Assembly: GCA_050575255.1 (NCBI GenBank)
Contig: JBNZDD010013599.1
Span: forward strand, 230,003 to 294,002
DNA length: 64,000 nucleotides
Direction of reading: 5' to 3'
From: Harriotta raleighana
Lineage: Eukaryota
The position numbers and the translations under genes were made by a program. Below are positions 1 through 64,000 of this stretch, piece after piece (position 1 is the stretch's first letter; every line of letters starts with the position of its first letter). The notes under the pieces were generated by a model. That model had not been told where the DNA came from. It ran no database searches and saw only the letters and a program-made list of their open reading frames with translations.

Positions 1-44781
<44,781 letters not shown>

Positions 44782-44832
44782 CGGGGAGAGAGAGAGAGAC
44801 GGAGCCGAGTCCGAGTGACTCTCAGCTCTGCT

Positions 44833-44920
44833 CCAGTCAGTCACAGTCAGTCACAGTGTCGGTGTCAGTCAGTCACACAGTCAGTGTCAGTCAGTCAGTC
44901 AGTCACACGGTCTGTCAGTG
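44833..44920. repeat. (CAGT)n-like microsatellite in the putative DYNC1H1 5' UTR
   Basis: cagtcagtcacagtcagtca... tract. Confidence 0.8.
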
Positions 44921-44939
44921 AGAGAGCGTCTGTCCCCTC

Positions 44940-45290
44940 AGCCTCCGAACAACGCCTGAGTCGTTCGTGTCGTGTCGTAGCCTCCCCCCTCCCGCCGCAA
45001 CACGTGACGATGCGGCCGGTGATGTCATACCGGAAACACGTGGCTGCCACTCTCCCGCAGTGCGCTCTGGAAGTCATAGTCGCATCCCTGCTCTCTCACA
45101 CACCAAAAAGCAGTACTGTACTAACTTCCGGTTGGGGGGGGGGGGGAACTACACCTCCCAGAGCGCACCGCGGCCCAAGGCCAGAGGCAGGCGGGAGGTC
45201 GGTGGGCCGCTGCGTCACTGGATGACACATCACTTACAGTGCGTTAGTTGGCGATTCCTTTGTTTCCCGGCGATAATAATACTGTTTAAN
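44940..45290 (-). promoter_or_regulatory. CpG-rich DYNC1H1 promoter
   Basis: CpG-dense and immediately 5' of exon 1; E-boxes CACGTG (45001, 45037), ETS motif ACTTCCGG (45124), two ZNF143-like ACTA..CCAGAGCGC motifs (45060-45080 minus, 45148-45168 plus), CRE-like TGCGTCA. Confidence 0.75.
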
Positions 45291-45749
45291 AACTACATCT
45301 CCCAGAGCGCACCGCGGCCCAAGGCCAGAGGCAGGCGGGAGGTCGGTGGGCCGCTGCGTCACTGGATGACACATCACTTACAGTGCGTTAGTTGGCGATT
45401 CCTTTGTTTCCCGGCGATAATAANGGGAACTACACCTCCCAGAGCGCACCGCGGCCCAAGGCCAGAGGCAGGCGGGAGGTCGGTGGGCCGCTGCGTCACT
45501 GGATGACACATCACTTACAGTGCGTTAGTTGGCGATTCCTTTGTTTCCCGGCGATAATAATACTGTTTAACAATAATCCCCGCATTTTGATACACTGCAG
45601 TGGTTTTTCACGTCTTCCAGACCGTCCCAAACTGCTTCTCCCTATATACTGTGCTGTCAAGTGTGTGTGATTTTCAATGGACGTTTTCAGAGTGAATGTG
45701 AGATGGATGTGAATGTACCTGGTGTTCGGGGCCCTTGTCAGGGGAGTCA

Positions 45750-46170
45750 CAGACACACACACTCACAAACAGACACACACTCACAGACACACACACTCAC
45801 AGACACACACACACTCACAGACAGACATACACACAGATACACTCACAAACACAGATACACACACTCACAAACACAAGACACACACACACTGTAGTTTAAA
45901 AACATTACCCCCCCCCCACGCATATTATTTTCGGTTGTATCTTGCGGCAGATGATAATTATAATAATAATAATAATAATAATCCTAGCATTTGATATAGC
46001 GCTTTTCACATCTTATCAACGTCCCAAAGCGCTTCACAGANACACTCACAAACAGACACACACTCACAGACACACACACACTCACAGACAGACATACACA
46101 CAGACACACTCACAAACACAGATACACACAGACACACACACTCACAAACACAAGACACACACACACTGTA
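45750..46170. repeat. (CA)-rich microsatellite and SINE tail, duplicated around the N at 46041
   Basis: Direct reading. Confidence 0.75.
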
Positions 46171-46739
46171 GTTTAAAAACATTACCCCCCCCCCACGCAT
46201 ATTATTTTCGGTTGTATCTTGCGGCAGATGATAATTATAATAATAATAATAATAATAATCCTAGCATTTGATATAGCGCTTTTCACATCTTATCAACGTC
46301 CCAAAGCGCTTCACAGAGTATACTGTAAAGTGAATTGACTGNTTCGCTGTTTGATGTAAAGCGCGTTTCCCATCTCCCGGACGCTTCGCAGAATCCCGTG
46401 TTCCGGGAAGCCAATTCCCTGTGTACAGGTGGGGTGGAGCGCGGCGGCCAGTTGCACACCAGCACTGGCCCCGCAAACAGTCGTGGGTTGGAGTGACCAG
46501 TTTGTTACTGTTTTTGTTTCGGGAGTTGCTATAAGGCGAGTCGGACCAGTTTCATTTTCTGTTAATCGTCCCCCAGCTACTTGTGGTATTAAAAGGGCTT
46601 GATCCAGATCTCGACTGCTGCTTCTGTCTGGTCAAAATGGTTGCGGATGGAATCGAGCAGATTTAGTGAGCTATTCCAGATCTCGACTGGAGTTTCTGTC
46701 TGCTCATGGCGGTGTGAAGACAGTGTCGGTGATTTCGAA

Positions 46740-47100
46740 ATAACAACAAGCAGCAAAGTTACACTTATGTAGCGCCTTTCACATCGGGAGGACGTCCCAA
46801 AGCGCTGAACAGTCGGGTCGGGACCCAAGCTGAGGCGGGGGGAGGCTCGGAGAAGAGGGAAGGGGAAGGAGTGGGAGAAGAGGAAGGTTTTGAGACAGGC
46901 CTTGAAGGAGGAAAGGGAGGAAGCAAGGCGGAGGGATTGCAGGATGGAGGTCCAGAGTGTGGGGGGTGTTGGGCGGTTAGGGCGGTGGTCGCGGAGCAGG
47001 CCTGAGTCTGCTGAACGGAGGGTGCGGGCAGGCTGATAGGGAGACAGCAGGTCAGAGAGATAGGCGGGGGCAAGGCCGTGAGTGGCCTTGTTCTGAATGA
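46740..47100 (-). mobile_element. L2 LINE 3' fragment
   Basis: L2 tail plus ORF2 C-terminus-like sequence. Confidence 0.75.
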
Positions 47101-47546
47101 AGTGTACACCTGGATTTTATGTGTATATATACTATATATAAATAAAAATCTATATACTGTATTTTATGACCACTACGTTGCTAGTAAACTTTGATGGAAT
47201 CATCTTCCAGTTATAGATCCCAATTGTGGTTGCTAACAGAGCCAATTCGCTAGCAAATCATGAAGTTAGAGGCTTCAAGAGGATGAACATCAATATCAAC
47301 CACTAGAGTGTGTTGCAGCACACACCCTATAAAAAGAGCAATGTGTAGTAGTTTTGAATTCTCACGAGGAAGAAAAGTGATCATCATGTGTCGTTTTGTT
47401 CACAAAAATTTCCCATATATCCAGTTTGCTGCTCGAGGTGTTAAAGTAGAACAGGAATCAGTTTTGAAACCTAGTCATTTCCCAACACTTGCATGTGTTT
47501 GATGTTGCACAGAAGTGGAGTAAAATAAAGGCAATTAACCTGCACT

Positions 47547-50500
47547 TTTATTACCATCATTCACAGGTTGAATACGTGAAAATGATTATGGTAGTTTTAG
47601 TTAGTTTGATGTACAATCACTTTGCATTAAAAATAAAAGTGCAGAGTAAAATGTTAATACACAAAGATAACCAACTCAAAACGTCAAAATTTAAAGAGTC
47701 AACATTTTGACATTTCAACAATTTTAATGCCAACTGGTTGCAAATATTTTCTAAAGAAAAACATCTGTGCCACTTACCAACTCTCTGTTGCTATGAATTT
47801 TTTTAAATTCTGTACATAGGACCATTTTGTACAAAATATGAAATCTATTTTTTTTTATTAGATATTACACTACTTAAAACAAAGTACAACATATGTACAA
47901 TATTAAAATGAAGCCATTTAGTATTGGTATCACACTAAAGGTCACTTGTCATATTACTGGACATTCCTCTTGTACGGGGCTTTTTTTTAAAAAAAGGATA
48001 CATAGAAACTGAAAAGGTTTCAATCAAAACAACTGCTTTTAAAGAAAAACAATCACCAGAACAAGTTTGGAATTACCTTTTCTTTAAACAATACGCATTC
48101 CGTTTTTTGTAAGGAACCAATCATAAAACTGCTCATCTATTGGCTGTACAATCTGCATTTTGTGCTGGTTGATCTCCAGATTCAACGCACGTATTAAACC
48201 TCCTGAAATCACTCCAGCCATTCAAAGTCTATGCATTTAAATGGGTCCTCTTTTTCGGAATTTTAAACTAAGAGAAAAAATATGTATTCTGCAATGTATT
48301 ACAAATATACAAAATAAATCTCTTGAACTTGGCTTTCTTGTAGCCAGCACTGCATAATGTTGGAAATAGCTTGAAACTGGTGTAACTTTTACCACAACAA
48401 CATCCTGTGTGACATTTATAGCAAATCCAGAAAACAAATGCTGTCGCCTCTCAACAATTGCCATTAAATTCAAAACAATTGCTGATTAATCTCAGCAGAA
48501 GAAGGAAAAAAAAGGTAATTCAAAGTGGTCTTGAAACTTGGCGAGTGTCAATCTTTAATGTTAGATAAGTTAAAATTAGGAACAATGCCAAAGATTGTAT
48601 CTTACTTTGAATTGTACACAAACAATATACAGTTTCTAGTGGGCAAAATAAAATTACAACCCTCCTGGAACACCTCACACAAACATACTGAACACCCAAA
48701 ACCAATGAATGTGAAAAACTACTAATCAATGCAAGAAGGAAGTTCAAACAATGGTATGCAAATGAAGAAAGCACTGCAACAAGATTTCATACATAAAGCA
48801 CCTTACAGCCCTGGAACACAAGGCATGGTTGGGAGGCCATGGGGTGGGGGGTGAGGAGAGAGAAGAGAAAGAAGTGTTCAACAACAATGGCTAGGAAGAA
48901 AATACTCAACAGCTATAGGAACATTGAATTTTCCAACATGCTTATTATGTAGGTATATTAATTTGAATCTTTATTTTTCAAGTTAAACAGTCAGTGTTTT
49001 GAGAAATTTGAAGGTTTATCCTAAAAGGTTGGGTTCAACCTTCAAATGTTCTTTACAGCCCTGAAAATCCCCACAATTTTTAGAGGTGCTTCAGCATGCT
49101 ATGCTCAAAAAGGCTCTAAAGCTCTTAAAAATAATGTAAACAGCTGGGAACTTGAAGAAATTTTTAATAGTGTTTACGTATACTCTCAGCGTGAAACAGT
49201 TTCCATCACAAACCCAATGAGCAGTTTGCACCACTAAAGTGCGAACATGGCATTAAGGATCTCCAGAGACGGACCAAACTAAATGCAGTGCTTAGAGAAT
49301 ATGCGCAAATACATGTGGTTTTTCCTCTGACCTTTTGATCACTAATATTAAAAACTGGATGAATTAAGTGATGACAGGTATGCGTGCATGACACTTACGA
49401 CACATGCAGCGTACCATGTCTTCATCCAAACAGCTTTTTAAACATCCAGGGCTCATTATTTAGAAGAGTGCACTTTTTTTTTCCCAATCTCCATGAGGCA
49501 TCTTGAAATGCTCTTTAGATTTTAGGACAGAACAGAGCTCATTTGTTAAAGCAGATCAACAAACAGGGAGTCAATTGTCTGACACGACAGATTATAAAAG
49601 CGCCAAAAAAGTTGCATTATTTGAAACGCTAAGCAGATGTAGGAATGGATCAAGAATTACCAAACCAACCCTGAGAATTCTTGCCAACAGCTGATTTGGT
49701 ACAAATAATTTTTTTATCAGAACCGTCAACTCGGTCGTGGATTGTACAAGACACAGACAAGACAACATGTTTGGAACTGTTTTTTTCTCCAAAATAAAAT
49801 AATAAAATGAGATGCCAAATGTCTGAACAAATAGAAATTTCAAACCAATCTAGCAGGAATCAAAACTAGTTATTTTACATTTTAAAGGGGGAACTGAATC
49901 GGATTTACTTTCAATATCAAGTTTATTCCCAAATAATCCTCTTGCTATGTTGTCTATGTTCTATGCATCATTCCTCGTTTTACTTTTTATATCAAGTCCA
50001 TGCAATGCATTCCTAAAACGGAGGATGCCACCACATCCAATTTTTTTTTGAAGTGCATCATAATTATTTTAAGCTTAAATTCTGTGGGAAGTTTTACAGT
50101 TCATCTACCATTGTCAAGTTTGTTGCAAGGCATAGGATGAAGCAATGCACTGAGAAGCAATGGCAATCTCAGATGCCAACTCAAGGCAATGTTACAAACA
50201 AGTATTGTGTATCCACAACATATAGATAGGTAACTTTAGGTCATGGTACAGAACCTTGCTTAAGAGTAATTGTTTTTTTTAAAAAAGAAAAAAAGTAAAT
50301 CCTATATAATTGTAAGATTATTAGGGATGTAATTAGAGTTCAAAACAGATTAAAATGTCTTCTTTATTAGTAAATGGAAATGCAATGATAAGCCCAAGTA
50401 TGTATTAGGCTCTGGAATGCAGTCATATACAAAAAGGGTGACAAACTGGAAATTCAGACTAAGACAGTCTCAGGAATGAATTTAGACTAAATATACCATT

Positions 50501-50815
50501 TATTTTCTAACATAGGTAAGGGTAAAAATAAGAATTCCAAAGAAATGTTATGTTCAGGTGGTTAATGCAGATATGACAACTCAAAATTTAATTCCAATTT
50601 TCTAGATTGTACAAAGCACAATATTCTATTTACCATTGTTTGAACTACCAAGGCTTGACTGCATACATGGTAACGTTATTGCCTACAGGACTGGATTCAG
50701 AAAGCATTGACTCAATGTATAGCTGTTTGGTATGGCACAAAGCATAGTAGCTTCTACAATAGACTGAGTCCATAGAACAGCTTTTTTTTTTACAATATTC
50801 TTCCATTGAAACAGC
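47547..50815 (-). other. PPP2R5C: PPP2R5C 3' UTR (putative extent)
   Basis: AT-rich, free of recognisable repeats, downstream of the stop; candidate AATAAA on the minus strand at 47547-47552; true end not determinable. Confidence 0.5.
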
Positions 50816-62249
<11,434 letters not shown>

Positions 62250-64000
62250 CTAAAAAGAGGTTTGTTTAGTCATTAACAACCAAGAACAAGACAGTAAAAT
62301 TACAGCCATTAATATAGTCGAATTTACCTTCTGGTCAACAAGGCTGGGGTGTTTATTGAAATACTTGTAATTAGCTACAAAGGATTCAAGGTGAAGCTGA
62401 TTTTATGGCTATGTTTAGTCATGGATCTCTGTGGAAGTTAAGCAAACTAGGCAGTGTAAATGGCTGCCAGTCTAGATCACTTATGGCCAAATTTAAATGA
62501 ATTGAAGCAAAGAACCATTCATAAAGCATGTAAGCCTCTCTCTCCAAATATACTTTTCCACACCACCCACGCCCCCATCAAAAAATACAAAGACTTCTCT
62601 TTCCCCTGTAATTATTTTGACCTCAAATAAACATAAATCTTAAATATGATGCACCGAAATATGTTACACAGAAAATCATTTGAAAAGTCAAACAGGACCT
62701 TGGATTCCAGTCTCATTTGAGAGAAACATCTCCCGACAATGCAGAACCTGCAGCGCACAGCACCGCAGTGTCAGCCTGCACTGAGGTCAAATCTCCAATT
62801 AGGTATTTGAAAACATCACCATCTGATCTACAGACGTGAATACAAATAAGCAGCCAAGCTGACACCGAAACTACAGGGATCCAGGCACAGCCGTGGCTGC
62901 TTAAGTGTTTTTCCAGATTGCAGATGCTGCGGGAGAACCACCCACGCATTAGCTGCACGGTTTTCACTCCTCATCGCCGCTAAGCTCTTGCAGCATCACT
63001 TTCTAGGGTAAGCTCTCAGAAAACAGTGGGAGCAGCACTATGGGCATCAACTACTTTTGGCAAATGTACACAAGAATGTTCCCTCATTTTCCTTCCTCCC
63101 ACACCCCCCACACCCAACCTTACACATTGTGTTAATTGGCCCACAAGAGATAAAACTAGGAAAACCTCCAAACCGTTCAACACATTCAAAATCCACAAGA
63201 TGAAGAGATTGTTGGAAAATAAAAGCTCATTGATATGATCAGGATACATGGGGGTCCAATGGCCTCAAATAATTATTTGTTAAATGAGCTAATATAAGAG
63301 TCATTGTTTAATTCAATATAAAACTTCAGGCTTAGAGAGAAATCATGTGGCAACCTGTAAACATGTTTTGAACTTGTGTCACATAAATGAAATGAAATTT
63401 TCAAAAGTAGACAACTAGGATATTTCCTATATACAGTATATATATATATATATACACACACACACAGCAAGCTGTCATCTTAGATAAAAACTGAATGAAA
63501 CCTCCTGAAACCAGTTATATTTTATTGCAAAGCTAAAAGCAATTTCTTTATAATGAAGTCATGGGTGCATTAATGATAACGTTGAAGCTTTGATAAATCA
63601 ATACACCCAATTAAAACAATCCTCTTGTGAATTCACACATATTTAACTAAAGAACATGATTTTTTTATGTACAGTGCAACTCAGTTTGTCCAGAAACAGA
63701 TCAACATAATAATATAATTGTTATTTGCATCAAACTTGATTCTTTGAAGTTCAGATAAAAGGGTACGACTTCAAAGTCAGTTTAGATCATAAAAGAAACC
63801 ATTTAATAGTTATTCACTCTCAATAGGTACTGTATTTTTTATACGTGTGTTCATCCTTTTCCTGTAGATAATTTAGTCCCAATGTAATCCTCATCTACAT
63901 TGTAATAAACCTGGAAAAATTCACATGCCTGAATCATTCAATCATTTCTTTCAATCTATTACCCATTAAAAACACTTCACGCATGAATACCCAACAAAGT

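Noticed and set aside
44782-44850. GTG-initiated N-terminal extension of dynein (MTDWSRAE...)
   Set aside because: It derives from the (CAGT)n/(GA)n tract, has an in-frame TGA just upstream, and the ATG at 44781 matches the known start.
45144-45570. Regularly spaced direct repeats resembling a CRISPR-like array
   Set aside because: Units are about 140 bp with no unique spacers, are joined by Ns, and sit in a vertebrate promoter.
46600-46705. 28-bp imperfect direct repeat (tccagatctcgactg...ttctgtctg) giving QTETPVEIW/QTEAAVEIW
   Set aside because: It lies among SINE and L2 fragments and is probably a LINE remnant with a small internal duplication; no splice context.
62713-62990. GC-richer stretch with an 84-aa minus-strand ORF inside the PPP2R5C intron
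   Set aside because: No B56 similarity or convincing splice pair; I cannot distinguish an old repeat from a regulatory element.

Overview
Vertebrate genomic DNA, not a prokaryotic locus. The repeat families suggest a cartilaginous fish, probably a chimaera (inference). The window holds two intron-rich genes in tandem on the minus strand, in the same order as human 14q32. The first is the 3' part of PPP2R5C (PP2A B56-gamma; 12 coding exons, 62249 to stop at 50816, then a long 3' UTR). The second is nearly all of DYNC1H1 (cytoplasmic dynein 1 heavy chain), from ATG at 44781 through exon 76, which runs off the left edge. Exon numbers are counted from the ATG exon and splice sites were read by eye. 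Main finding: the exon encoding most of the dynein microtubule-binding domain is present twice (14824-15019 and 14266-14461). Both copies are 196 nt with the same phases and intact splice sites; 47/64 residues are identical but synonymous sites are heavily diverged. This is the signature of an ancient mutually exclusive exon pair giving two alternative microtubule-binding domains, and it is flanked by splicing-regulatory features (184-nt AG-exclusion zone, UGCAUG motif). Other content: two GC-AG introns, a candidate extra PPP2R5C cassette exon, tRNA-derived SINEs, L2 and CR1 fragments, Tc1/mariner- and hAT-type MITEs, and a CpG-rich promoter with paired ZNF143-type motifs. Several duplications flanking single Ns are probably assembly artefacts, including a 1.39-kb copy of dynein exons 57-59.
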